Sequence record: AP018399.1
Length of the DNA stretch: 64,000 nt
Reading direction: 5' to 3' (one strand)
Shown here: piece after piece, positions 48,818 through 57,755 of the stretch
Numbering within the stretch: the stretch's first letter is position 1
Layout: every line of letters starts with the position of its first letter
Notes under the pieces: generated by a model
Told to the model about the DNA's origin: nothing
Databases searched by the model: none
The model's input: the letters and a program-made list of their open reading frames with translations, nothing else
Program-made: the position numbers and the translations under genes

Positions 48818-49596
48818 TAAGGTACATTTTCTACTGCATCACCGTCGCCAGTGCGACCATCATTTACGATGACACGGCCACCATCGAACGTTCCTTCATT
48901 GTGTTCGACGGTGATATTTACTGAATCGTAAACGAATGTGACACTAATCATCGAAACGTCCGAAGCTGACATATCCAATTCATCCCAATTGAATTGCTGA
49001 ATCTTAGGATTGATGTAGTCGTAATGGACCTTGGAGAAGTAAGACGGGTCCGCCGAGTTACCAGAATTATAGTGATGGGTAACACGAAGCGACTTGATTA
49101 AGCCATCGGCATCATTCTGTGGTAGCGGTCCTAGAGAAGCCCACTGTTGAATGTTATCCTGTAGGTAGTAGTTCGTTCCGCGCTCTTTGTTGGAAACTGG
49201 ACTGATAGCATTCAAGTAATCTTGTAGGATACCATGAGCCGTGTTCTTGTTGTCGTCATAGAATGTGACTGTGACGGTACCAACATCGGTACGAGTAGCC
49301 ACCTTGTAACGATAGTTGTACGAATTCACTTCAACATAGTTGACATTGATGTTTGGTCGGGTAGCTGACTTACATGCATAGACAATCTGGCCCATGTCAT
49401 CATTACCCTGATTAAAACCAAGTGTCTCACCCAATTCAAATGAAAGAGTGAACAGGAACTTTAGCTTCGGAGCATCGTAACCGGCAAATTCGGAACCAAT
49501 GTTAACCGGCAACGCTCCGGGAGTACCCGGAATGTCGTTGGACAATTGCCAAGCTGTTAGTGGTTGTGGTGTGCGGTCGCGGACAAATCGTGCCAT
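48817..49596 (-). CDS. Tail tube-like protein (gp19/gp54 family)
   Basis: PKLKFLF, KSATRPN.......VNSYN, VTVTFYDD, WDELDMS.S....ISVTF.YD. Confidence 0.7.
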   Translation of the reverse strand: MARFVRDRTPQPLTAWQLSNDIPGTPGALPVNIGSEFAGYDAPKLKFLFTLSFELGETLGFNQGNDDMGQIVYACKSATRPNINVNYVEVNSYNYRYKVATRTDVGTVTVTFYDDNKNTAHGILQDYLNAISPVSNKERGTNYYLQDNIQQWASLGPLPQNDADGLIKSLRVTHHYNSGNSADPSYFSKVHYDYINPKIQQFNWDELDMSASDVSMISVTFVYDSVNITVEHNEGTFDGGRVIVNDGRTGDGDAVENVP

Positions 49597-49606
49597 TTCT
49601 ATTCTC

Positions 49607-51571
49607 TTAAATTATTGGTGTTGGAGTCGGAGTGATTGTAGCTGAAACCGTAGGTGTTACAGTCAATCCCGGTGTGGTGCTTGGGCTAGGAGTTGGAGTC
49701 GGTGATACCAATCCAGCCGTTGATGTTGGAGTTGGTGTCGGAGACAGAGTTGGTGTTGGAGTTACCGTAGGAGTCGGAGTCGCTGATGCTACCGGTGGAC
49801 CCTCTTCCGGGAACGGTCCGGCTACTGGCGTGTAGCTGCCAGTGTAGCGGCAAACGCCCTGAGTGTAACGAATGTTGGTGAAGTAACCACGGAACGATTG
49901 CAAATCGCTTCGACCCACAATACCAAACACCGCAAATGGAGTAGAGTCACTGGTCGTCTCAATGCTATCAATATTGGTTCCTATTAAAACGCCATCCTTA
50001 AATGCATAGATGGTACCGTCAGCATCACGACAGAATGCCACTGATACCCATGTGTTCATACCAAATGTAGAATCTAGGTTTGGAGTACCCCACAGGTTTG
50101 TATAGATTCCTGTAGTGTCGAACTTACCCATATGACGAACTCCGTCATTGGATAGCATATAGCCACCGGTATCTGTAGCCTTATACCAGAACTCCATTGT
50201 ATAGACTTGCTCTAGAGCAAAGTCAATACTAGACGCGAAGGAATAGAATGTACCAAATTGAGTTGAGTTATGATACGAAGTATAACTGCCACCAAATGGG
50301 CTATCAGCCACTAGAGATACGCCAGTGGTATTGTCTGGGAGACGTTCGTAGCTACTCGTATCGGCTAGGGTCTGTCCATTCAGCAACAAAACTACATTGT
50401 CAAAATATGGGTCATAGTTGATGACCGGAGTAACTGTAGGCGTCAACGTCGGAGACACGGTAGCTGTTACCGCTGGGGTAGCTGATGGAGTTACCGTTGC
50501 CGTAGGTGTTGGGGTAGGCTGAATCGGCGAAGCTGTTGGGCTTCTAGTAATTGTAGGGGTTACCGTTGCAGTAGGCGTTGGAGTAGCCGAAACCACGGCC
50601 GGGGTAACCGTTGGGCTTGGAGTCAAAGTAATAGCAGCCGTAGCACTCGGGGTAATTGTTGGAGTGATGGTCGCTGATGGAGTTGGAGTAATTGTGATGC
50701 CCGGTGTACCAGTCACCGTCTGTGTCGGAGTCACGGTTACCACTGGTGTTCCGGAAATCGTCGGCGTCACACTTGCAGTCGGAGTGATTGTACGTGTAAC
50801 AGTCGGCGTGACCGTCGCAGTTGGTGTTGCGGTAGTCGTCGGAGTAATGGTTGGGGTCGCCGTTACCGATGGGGTAAACGACGGAGTAGGTGTCGGAGTC
50901 GGCTGAATTGGCGACGGAGACGGGGTTATAGATGGAGTCGGTGTTGGGGTAGGAGACGGCTTGAGAATATCAACGTCAGTGACACCCGGAACATACTGGC
51001 TTGAACGTGCAGCAGCTACAGAAAGCTTCTTACCGTACACAAGCATCTGTGACTCAACGTTTTCCTTCTGAAAGACGCCCGAACGAACCTGATAACCAAT
51101 CTGGAAACATGCATTGCGGAAAGCTGCTACCAAACTAGGAGCTACCGTAACTGCATTGGCTTCAACATCCGTCAAGCCAAGGTTCTCAACCACGATATCA
51201 ATTAGCTCTTCGCGGTTGGCATTCTTGACGGCATTAGGGTTGGACGAGTAGATGACGTTGTTGAACAGATATAGATTCTGAGCAGGAACGCCCTTACACA
51301 GACGTGAGAGTAGTTCCAGACCACGAAGACCTTTCGACACACGTCCATTACCGCTGTCTAGGAAGATATTCGAATTCTGGTACAATGCTGTCTGTTCGGC
51401 CTTGGGCTTCTCTGGTACGTAGCCGTTGTCCGACTGGCTAATGGCAACAGGGAACTTAAGCGAATCAATGTACTTGACCACTGCACTGACTGACTGGTTT
51501 ACAAAACGCTGGTCAATCTCTTCAAAAGTTGTCAGGTTTCGGATAAGTTCGGAATCTTTTTTGTTTGCCAT
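49607..51571 (-). CDS. Virion protein: N-terminal domain, Thr/Pro tract, LamG/concanavalin-like domain, Thr/Pro tail
   Basis: ~180-aa TPT-rich tract; DPYFDNVVLLLNG...YTMEFWYK...WVSVAFCR...FRGYFTNIRYT; ATG 51571 after TAAATA 51589-51594. Confidence 0.75.
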   Translation of the reverse strand: MANKKDSELIRNLTTFEEIDQRFVNQSVSAVVKYIDSLKFPVAISQSDNGYVPEKPKAEQTALYQNSNIFLDSGNGRVSKGLRGLELLSRLCKGVPAQNLYLFNNVIYSSNPNAVKNANREELIDIVVENLGLTDVEANAVTVAPSLVAAFRNACFQIGYQVRSGVFQKENVESQMLVYGKKLSVAAARSSQYVPGVTDVDILKPSPTPTPTPSITPSPSPIQPTPTPTPSFTPSVTATPTITPTTTATPTATVTPTVTRTITPTASVTPTISGTPVVTVTPTQTVTGTPGITITPTPSATITPTITPSATAAITLTPSPTVTPAVVSATPTPTATVTPTITRSPTASPIQPTPTPTATVTPSATPAVTATVSPTLTPTVTPVINYDPYFDNVVLLLNGQTLADTSSYERLPDNTTGVSLVADSPFGGSYTSYHNSTQFGTFYSFASSIDFALEQVYTMEFWYKATDTGGYMLSNDGVRHMGKFDTTGIYTNLWGTPNLDSTFGMNTWVSVAFCRDADGTIYAFKDGVLIGTNIDSIETTSDSTPFAVFGIVGRSDLQSFRGYFTNIRYTQGVCRYTGSYTPVAGPFPEEGPPVASATPTPTVTPTPTLSPTPTPTSTAGLVSPTPTPSPSTTPGLTVTPTVSATITPTPTPII

Positions 51572-51601
51572 TGAAAGCCTCGTTTTAATATTTATCCAAT
51601 A

Positions 51602-51627
51602 AGAAAAGGGGCCGAAGCCCCTTTTCT
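51602..51627 (-). terminator. Intrinsic terminator after the tail tube gene
   Basis: Minus strand AGAAAAGGGGC-TTCG-GCCCCTTTTCT (UUCG loop). Confidence 0.85.
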
Positions 51628-51646
51628 GTTGAACCAAGTTGGTTGA

Positions 51647-52231
51647 TTATAGCGTTGGAGCCATACCACCAGTTGCACGGCCCGGTAGACCCAAGATTTC
51701 CTGACGAGCGTGGTCGTAGGAGATAGCTAGCTGAATCTTGATTGTTTCAGAAGCAGCGTAGTCTAGGTCGGTGAAGTCGGCATTTTCAATCCAAGCACCT
51801 TCAACGTACCACACTTCGATAGGAGTGTTGTCACCGTCTAGGATTTCCTGAGTGATTGAGAACTTGTAATCCTGACCCGCAAGAGCGGCCGGTAGACGCG
51901 GAGCGGCAGTCATGCCGATGATGCGTTGCTGACGTTCTAGCTGGTTGCGGATTACCGAAGCAACATTACCACCGATATCGGCTTCGAATGTTACGTTGAT
52001 TGGGTCGAACTGATGCTTACCGGCGATGTAGGCACGAGAGTTGTAGCGGTCAAGTGTGACCTTTTCGAAGGATAGCTTTGGACGGTCACAAGTGATAGCT
52101 TGGAACGTAAGAGCCTGACTATCCAGTACGCCGCCGATACCATTGAAGGTCAAGCGCCACTTGTTTTTCATCTGGGGGTGCAGAATTTCGCCGCCGTTTC
52201 CGCGTACACCCATGTCGAGAATCAAAGCCAT
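51647..52231 (-). CDS. gp19: Tail tube protein
   Basis: PQMKNKWRLTF, DRPKLSF, YIAGKH.F.PI.VTF, W..EGAW......DLDYA.SE...I.L.I.YDHA; strong RBS and late promoter. Confidence 0.85.
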   Translation of the reverse strand: MALILDMGVRGNGGEILHPQMKNKWRLTFNGIGGVLDSQALTFQAITCDRPKLSFEKVTLDRYNSRAYIAGKHQFDPINVTFEADIGGNVASVIRNQLERQQRIIGMTAAPRLPAALAGQDYKFSITQEILDGDNTPIEVWYVEGAWIENADFTDLDYAASETIKIQLAISYDHARQEILGLPGRATGGMAPTL

Positions 52232-52328
52232 TGTGTGAACTCCTAAAAAATTTGTGTTCGATTATATTTATTGCTGACGACAAGAAAATTCGATAAATAT
52301 TAACAAGCGAACATCCAAGGCATAAGCA

Positions 52329-53063
52329 ATGAGATTCACATCCTATTTAATCGAAACGCACAAAACACCGCAGACTCTTGTGGAGAAGCACGAGCTTGTT
52401 CTACAGAAGGTCATCGACGCTGTGGACAACGGTCACGTAGAATATGGCGATTCCAAGATTACCTTTGACATTGGTGATATCTCGGACACTCCACAGCTAC
52501 GCGGCTTGAAGTTGGTCATCCGTCCGGCTCAGGACAACGAAATCAAGCTAGGCCGTACCAAGGACGGAACCTACGCTATCGTCATCCACACCACATCGGA
52601 TATGCCGGGTCGTAAGGACATTGACACCTTCCTAGCCAGTAAGCCCATCTATGCAGGCTTCCGCCGAGCATACGAAAAGTATGTGAAAAACTTCCACGAC
52701 CACTCAAAGGAATATGAGCCTAACGAAACCCAGCAGAAGGTCGCAGCTAACAGCCGTGACAACTTCGAAGGTTCCTATACTGAGCTAATGCAGGCGGTTG
52801 CCGAACATAACAAGAAGTACACCGATTCCATCAAGGAAATCGACAAGGAAATGGACAAGATTGCCAACATCGGTCGTAAGAAGACCCTTGAGCTTGCCAA
52901 GGAACAGCTAAAGGCTGAATACTTGGGCAAGGATGCCAAGGAATTTGTGTCCAAGGTTATGCAGCTTCCACAGGCCGACTTCACCAAGCATTTGGAGAAG
53001 GAATGGAAGGAGAAGCTAGAATCGCGTCTAGCCAACTACTATGGCAGCACGTATGCTAAGTGA
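52329..53063 (+). CDS. Putative internal head protein with capsid-targeting-like N-terminus
   Basis: MRFTSYLIE-T, near-identical to the 4362..5417 N-terminus; TAAATA at 52294-52299. Confidence 0.55.
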   Translation: MRFTSYLIETHKTPQTLVEKHELVLQKVIDAVDNGHVEYGDSKITFDIGDISDTPQLRGLKLVIRPAQDNEIKLGRTKDGTYAIVIHTTSDMPGRKDIDTFLASKPIYAGFRRAYEKYVKNFHDHSKEYEPNETQQKVAANSRDNFEGSYTELMQAVAEHNKKYTDSIKEIDKEMDKIANIGRKKTLELAKEQLKAEYLGKDAKEFVSKVMQLPQADFTKHLEKEWKEKLESRLANYYGSTYAK

Positions 53064-53081
53064 AAATGACTTCGGCCTGTT

Positions 53082-53837
53082 TTAAGGCCGATAAAGAAAT
53101 AGATTGTTGTACGCATCTACATCACTAAGCAGATGCGATGAAATAGCGGTATGGCCCACACAATCGAACTTGTGAATAGTGACACGAGGGAAGTGGGCCA
53201 GTTCCATACAATCCGCATAGTCTCGGAAGCCTTCGGTTTCCAACCTCTCCCCACAAGCCTGTAGAATGATTTCCGCGTCCGGAGAACCATGCTTCTCCCA
53301 TAGCTCGCGGATAGAACGGTATTGTTCAAAGAATTTGTCTTGGATTTGTGGGTACTTCTTGGCGACAAGATAGTCCGGAAATACGGTCTGTGGCGAACTT
53401 GCCACAATCTTGTCCACTCTCTTCGCCCAAGTCGGATACAATAGGGCACCATACGCACCCATAGAAAAGCCAGCGTAGACCACGTTCTTGATGTGTGGCT
53501 TGCTGTTGATGAACTTGTCTAGATTCTTCGCTACATTCTCTGGACAGCTTCCGTGAGGGAATGGCTGTAGATACCAGCTAGCCTCATCCGAGCGCATTAC
53601 CAACGCATTACAGTTCAGGCTACGGATGGTTGTAAGTCCGCGAGCGTGGCCGTTGTAGTTGCCAAAATACACCAGCATGTCCGGTGAATTCTTATTCTCG
53701 ACGTAGGTAGCGAATGGGAGGTTTGGCGAACTCTTCATTCGCTCAATATCATGTAGAGGCCAGCGTTCGAACATGCAATTATTTATTTTCTTTAAGTTGA
53801 CGTTCACATTGTAACACGCTATTATATGGGTCTTCAA
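53082..53837 (-). CDS. Alpha/beta hydrolase (esterase-like)
   Basis: Nucleophile elbow GFSMG, downstream D and C-terminal GH. Confidence 0.65.
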   Translation of the reverse strand: MKTHIIACYNVNVNLKKINNCMFERWPLHDIERMKSSPNLPFATYVENKNSPDMLVYFGNYNGHARGLTTIRSLNCNALVMRSDEASWYLQPFPHGSCPENVAKNLDKFINSKPHIKNVVYAGFSMGAYGALLYPTWAKRVDKIVASSPQTVFPDYLVAKKYPQIQDKFFEQYRSIRELWEKHGSPDAEIILQACGERLETEGFRDYADCMELAHFPRVTIHKFDCVGHTAISSHLLSDVDAYNNLFLYRP

Positions 53838-53850
53838 TTAGTTTAAGACC

Positions 53851-54474
53851 ATGAAAGCTTACCCTAGCATTACTACATCCATTGACTTTTCAAAGCCTTA
53901 CTACCTGTTCGACAAGCTCGACGGGTCGAACATCCGTGCCGAATGGGCACCGAAGAAAGGCTTCTCCAAGTTCGGCAGTCGCACGCAGCTACTAACGCCG
54001 GACCAATCCGTTCTGTACCCGTCCATTGAGGCGTTCAAGGAAAAGTACAACGAGGAACTTGAAGCCCGTTTCCGCAAGGCCAAGTTCGAACGTGCCGTCG
54101 TGTTTTTCGAATGGCTTGGCCCGAATTCATTTGCCGGGTCACATCCTGACCCACTTGACCAGATGGATGCTGTTGTCATCGACATTGCCGTCTACAAGAA
54201 GGGCATCCTTCCGGCACAGAAGTTCCTAGACTTCATGGAAGGTTTGCATCACCCGCCAGTGCTTCACAAGGGCCACATTAGCGAAGAGAAGTTCCAGTCC
54301 GTGCGTACAAGCACGCTTCCGGGAATGACCTTTGAAGGTGTCATCGGCAAGAGCGAAGAGTTCTCACAGAAGGAAGGCGGTCCCATCATGTTCAAAATCA
54401 AGAGCAATGCTTGGTTGAACAAATTGAAAGAAATCTGCAAGGGCGATGAAGCCCTCTACAATAGGCTCAAATAA
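53851..54474 (+). CDS. ATP-dependent RNA ligase-like nucleotidyltransferase (single domain)
   Basis: Motif I FDKLDGSN, FFEW, VIDI, EGVIGK, MFKIK. Confidence 0.75.
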   Translation: MKAYPSITTSIDFSKPYYLFDKLDGSNIRAEWAPKKGFSKFGSRTQLLTPDQSVLYPSIEAFKEKYNEELEARFRKAKFERAVVFFEWLGPNSFAGSHPDPLDQMDAVVIDIAVYKKGILPAQKFLDFMEGLHHPPVLHKGHISEEKFQSVRTSTLPGMTFEGVIGKSEEFSQKEGGPIMFKIKSNAWLNKLKEICKGDEALYNRLK

Positions 54475-54692
54475 TGAAATTCAAATACCTTCTCATCCCG
54501 GTTCTCGCAATTCTGGCTATTGGTGGGTGCCGCAAGCTGACTCCTGCCGAAGTTGCACAGATGAACAAGCAATCCGCCACGTTCCAGACTACGTGCATTT
54601 CCGGCTATACATTCACGTACAACCGTTACAACGTATCTGACCGTCCGGTTCAGGTGATGGACAAGGACGGTAACGGAATTCCCTGTGAGTAA
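54474..54692 (+). CDS. Small lipoprotein
   Basis: Signal peptide MKFKYLLIPVLAILAIGG-C (lipobox); two further Cys. Confidence 0.7.
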   Translation: MKFKYLLIPVLAILAIGGCRKLTPAEVAQMNKQSATFQTTCISGYTFTYNRYNVSDRPVQVMDKDGNGIPCE

Positions 54693-55425
54693 TCCGTACA
54701 TCACCATCAAGTACAACAAACTGCGTGACCGTCTCCGCGAGAAGGTCAAAATGTCGGCTACTGAGATTCAGGGATTTGTAGTTGGATTGAGTGGAACTGA
54801 CTCAATCCTGACCTACATGCTTCTGACGGAGCTTGCCAATGATGAAGCTTTGAAGAAGGTCAATCGCCACTTCAAGGTTCATGGAATTCATTATGTGGAT
54901 TCTCTGGCGGTTCCTGATACGTTCCAGAAGGTGGCGGTTCCGTTCCTGTCTAACCTTGGTGGGAAGATTGAGACATTTGAGCTTCCGAACAATGTAGACC
55001 AGTTCCGTTGGGCGGACCTACATTATCGTGCAGCCAACCGTCCAATGCGCGGTCCACGTCGGGATATCCCTGAACGCTTCTGGGTAGCCAGCACCGTAAA
55101 TGCAACGGAAAAGGCTTTAGGTACGTACAGCATCATGGCGAAGAGTGCCAGCATCGAACCCATCGCATCGCTCTACAAGAGCGAAGTGTTGGATATCTGC
55201 CATGAGTTGGGAGTTCCGGAACAGTTGATTAAGAATTCCCAGATTCCGGATTGCGCTTGTGGCCGTGAAGAATTTGCTGCCGAGAACATTGAATTGATTG
55301 ACGCTCTGATTAGGAATTCAATTCCGGAGGGGTATTCAATTGAAAAGGTTCGTGAAGCTATGAAGTACATTGCTGACACCAAGAAGGAATTTGGCTTTAA
55401 GCAACGAACTCCATACAACGTTTGA
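54685..55425 (+). CDS. nadE: NH3-dependent NAD+ synthetase-like (NadE fold)
   Basis: FVVGLSGTDS (variant PP-loop), TVNATE..LGTY, PIASLYKSEV...LGVPEQLI. Confidence 0.7.
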   Translation: MSNPYITIKYNKLRDRLREKVKMSATEIQGFVVGLSGTDSILTYMLLTELANDEALKKVNRHFKVHGIHYVDSLAVPDTFQKVAVPFLSNLGGKIETFELPNNVDQFRWADLHYRAANRPMRGPRRDIPERFWVASTVNATEKALGTYSIMAKSASIEPIASLYKSEVLDICHELGVPEQLIKNSQIPDCACGREEFAAENIELIDALIRNSIPEGYSIEKVREAMKYIADTKKEFGFKQRTPYNV

Positions 55426-55450
55426 CTATTTTAAGTAGATACGTTATCAT
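55422..55450 (+). promoter_or_regulatory. sigma70-type (early) promoter
   Basis: TTGACT-N17-TATCAT upstream of AAGGA RBS and ATG 55493. Confidence 0.7.
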
Positions 55451-55492
55451 TGTTGTGGATGTTAAATATCATCCACGATAAGGAAAATTAAA

Positions 55493-55729
55493 ATGTCTCA
55501 CAATATCAAAGAAATGGTTTCCGGTGGGAAGCTAGTGAACTTCCAGTATTACCGCAAGGGAGAGCTTTGGTACAAGACGGAATGTGGCTTCATGTTCCCG
55601 GTACCAGTCTCCGATGTTGGTGATGGTACCTTCAATGCAACAGAGAAGGCCATGCTGATGATGCGATATATTCGCAAGCAGATTGAAGCACACGTAGCTG
55701 AACACGGAGAAGCCCATGAAGTACAGTGA
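55493..55729 (+). CDS. Hypothetical protein
   Basis: 78 aa, good RBS; YYRKGELWY...GF.FPVP..D.G...F. Confidence 0.75.
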   Translation: MSHNIKEMVSGGKLVNFQYYRKGELWYKTECGFMFPVPVSDVGDGTFNATEKAMLMMRYIRKQIEAHVAEHGEAHEVQ

Positions 55730-55943
55730 CGCCCAAGAACGTCTCCTAGAGACTTTTAAAGAATTTGCCCTAGCCAAACAGGAATTCCTGATGCTGGGTG
55801 GCGAACTGGAATTTTCTGTCCATCGACAGGAACTTCACATGAAGGTCGAAGATGGCCCTTCCATTTCTTTCCCGTTTATTGTAGACTCTACCGCCCTTGA
55901 AAGATTCAAGGCCGCTAACCCACAACACGAGTATAAAGAATAA
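55716..55943 (+). CDS. Hypothetical protein
   Basis: 75 aa, overlapping neighbours, GGAG RBS. Confidence 0.6.
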   Translation: MKYSDAQERLLETFKEFALAKQEFLMLGGELEFSVHRQELHMKVEDGPSISFPFIVDSTALERFKAANPQHEYKE

Positions 55944-56128
55944 TGGAACGCCATTCTCATTCCCAGATTCACCTTGAACGCGGTTCAATGAACCGTGTTC
56001 ATCACGAACAAGAGGCTAAAAAGAATGGCGTCGATTTTCAGTCTACGCCAGTTCAACGACGACTGGTGAAGAAGTCTCGCAACAAGAAACGTCGTCAATA
56101 CAACAACGAAGAAGTCCCATCAATATGA
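55943..56128 (+). CDS. Small basic hypothetical protein
   Basis: TAATG/ATGA coupling on both sides. Confidence 0.55.
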   Translation: MERHSHSQIHLERGSMNRVHHEQEAKKNGVDFQSTPVQRRLVKKSRNKKRRQYNNEEVPSI

Positions 56129-56568
56129 GTACGCTAGAGAAAATTAAAGCAGACCGCATCGCTGCCATGAAGGCGGGTCAGGGCGTTCGCAAGGACACAC
56201 TGGCTCTAGTTCTGGCAGGCATCAAGCAGGTTGAAGTCGATACCCGCAAGGAATTGACCGAAGCCGACGTTATTGGCCTTCTGACCAAGATGGCGAAGCA
56301 GCGTCAGGAATCCATCAATCAGTACGTCGCAGCCGGTCGTAACGACCTTGCTGACGTTGAGATTGCCGAAAAGGTAATCATTGAGGAATACCTGCCGCAG
56401 CAGCTTTCCGAAGAGGAAGTTCGTCTCAAGGTTGCAGAAGCCATTTCGGCCACTGGTGCAACAACCATGAAGGACATGGGCAAGGTTGTGGCTCTGTTGA
56501 AGCCGGACCTTGTGGGTAAGGCTGACATGGGCTTCGTTTCGAAGCTTGTGAAGGACTCCCTACAGTGA
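56125..56568 (+). CDS. yqeY: GatB/YqeY-domain protein
   Basis: AMKAG...L.LVLA.IKQ.EVD.R, KQRQESI.QY..AGR.DLA..E, EYLPQQLSEEE, KDMGKV...GKAD. Confidence 0.92.
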   Translation: MSTLEKIKADRIAAMKAGQGVRKDTLALVLAGIKQVEVDTRKELTEADVIGLLTKMAKQRQESINQYVAAGRNDLADVEIAEKVIIEEYLPQQLSEEEVRLKVAEAISATGATTMKDMGKVVALLKPDLVGKADMGFVSKLVKDSLQ

Positions 56569-56912
56569 AGCTAGCACTTAAGGTGATGGCGGTTATCGCC
56601 CTGATAGCCGTCGTCACCTATGCTATTTTCACCAAGGACAGAGACGCAGTAGCGATTCTGTTTGAGAAGAAGGGCTACACGCCAGACGAGATTGTGGTCA
56701 CCGACCACATCGTTGATACGTACTGTGGGTACATCACAGTCAATGGTAAAAATGAAAACCGAGTTTGGTACAAAATCGACAAGACTGGTCTAAATCTTTA
56801 TACCAATGGTGTTGTCGTTGACTCACCAAACAGCAGGACGATTTACATTCTTCAAGAAGGCGTAGCTCTTGAGGAATTTAGAGCAATTTGTAAAGTAGCA
56901 TATCGAACATGA
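56565..56912 (+). CDS. Membrane-anchored hypothetical protein
   Basis: GTGA overlap; N-terminal hydrophobic helix. Confidence 0.65.
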   Translation: MKLALKVMAVIALIAVVTYAIFTKDRDAVAILFEKKGYTPDEIVVTDHIVDTYCGYITVNGKNENRVWYKIDKTGLNLYTNGVVVDSPNSRTIYILQEGVALEEFRAICKVAYRT

Positions 56913-57097
56913 CAGAAGCAGAACAACACGGGTATCTTACCGGTGTTTCCGATTTGAGTAGTGCCCGCTGGGACGGGGATAACGTCATCCCACCAAGCGA
57001 GTACATGCACCACAGCCGTGAATGGTACACAGGCTACAACAAGGCGTATCAGGACCGCATTGGCCGACACGCATACCAGTCGTTCGCAGAGGATTGA
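56909..57097 (+). CDS. Hypothetical protein
   Basis: ATGA overlap; EWY.GY..AY motif. Confidence 0.55.
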   Translation: MTEAEQHGYLTGVSDLSSARWDGDNVIPPSEYMHHSREWYTGYNKAYQDRIGRHAYQSFAED

Positions 57098-57622
57098 ATG
57101 AAGCTAGACACAATTGACGTGGAATTGGTCCGTGGTAAGGACGACCGTGGCACTCCGTATGAAGTGATTGAACTCATTTTGAACGGAGAAAAGCTAAAGA
57201 ACCGCACATTCGACCCGTTCGAATTCGCGGTCCCGCGCATCAAGAACGCCAACTGGTACTTGATGACTTGTAGCTGTGGCATCGCAGGGTGCGGCGGTTA
57301 CCATTACGGCGTCAACATCAAGCGTCGTCTACACACCATCGAATGGCGTGACCACGAGAAGGACAAAGACACGTTCCTAAAGCCGTTCTATTCCTTCAAC
57401 CGTAGTCAGTACGAGGCGGTGCAGGAGAAGTGCATGGACATGATTCATGCTATTGTAAATGAGCGCGAGCAGGCTGGCCGTCCGTTTATCAGCGAAGACC
57501 CGGATGATTACGACTATGACCGCGACTCAATCATCAACTGGTACACGGTTGAGGACTTGAACCGCTCGGTTCAGCGCTACAACGATTTCATTAAGAAGCA
57601 CCGCTCAAGCTGGTCGTGGTGA
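57098..57622 (+). CDS. Hypothetical protein with CSCG..GCG motif
   Basis: 174 aa; LMTCSCGIAGCGG. Confidence 0.7.
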   Translation: MKLDTIDVELVRGKDDRGTPYEVIELILNGEKLKNRTFDPFEFAVPRIKNANWYLMTCSCGIAGCGGYHYGVNIKRRLHTIEWRDHEKDKDTFLKPFYSFNRSQYEAVQEKCMDMIHAIVNEREQAGRPFISEDPDDYDYDRDSIINWYTVEDLNRSVQRYNDFIKKHRSSWSW

Positions 57623-57626
57623 CCCC

Positions 57627-57669
57627 TTGACAAGCCCCACGGACTATGCTCTAATGCATTCCGTGGGGC
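57627..57669 (+). promoter_or_regulatory. sigma70-type promoter overlapped by a 10-bp inverted repeat
   Basis: TTGACA(57627)-N17-TCTAAT(57650); GCCCCACGGA 57634-57643 / TCCGTGGGGC 57660-57669. Confidence 0.65.
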
Positions 57670-57734
57670 CAAGCACTAAATAAGGTTTTGGGCAGTCCCC
57701 ACAATTACTTTAAACTTAACAGAGGATTAATACC

Positions 57735-57743
57735 ATGAAGTAG
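57735..57743 (+). other. AUG-AAG-UAG minigene in frame with the downstream CDS
   Basis: AGAGGA SD at 57721-57726, ATG AAG TAG ACC ATT AAA GCG ATG(57756). Confidence 0.7.
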
Positions 57744-57755
57744 ACCATTAAAGCG

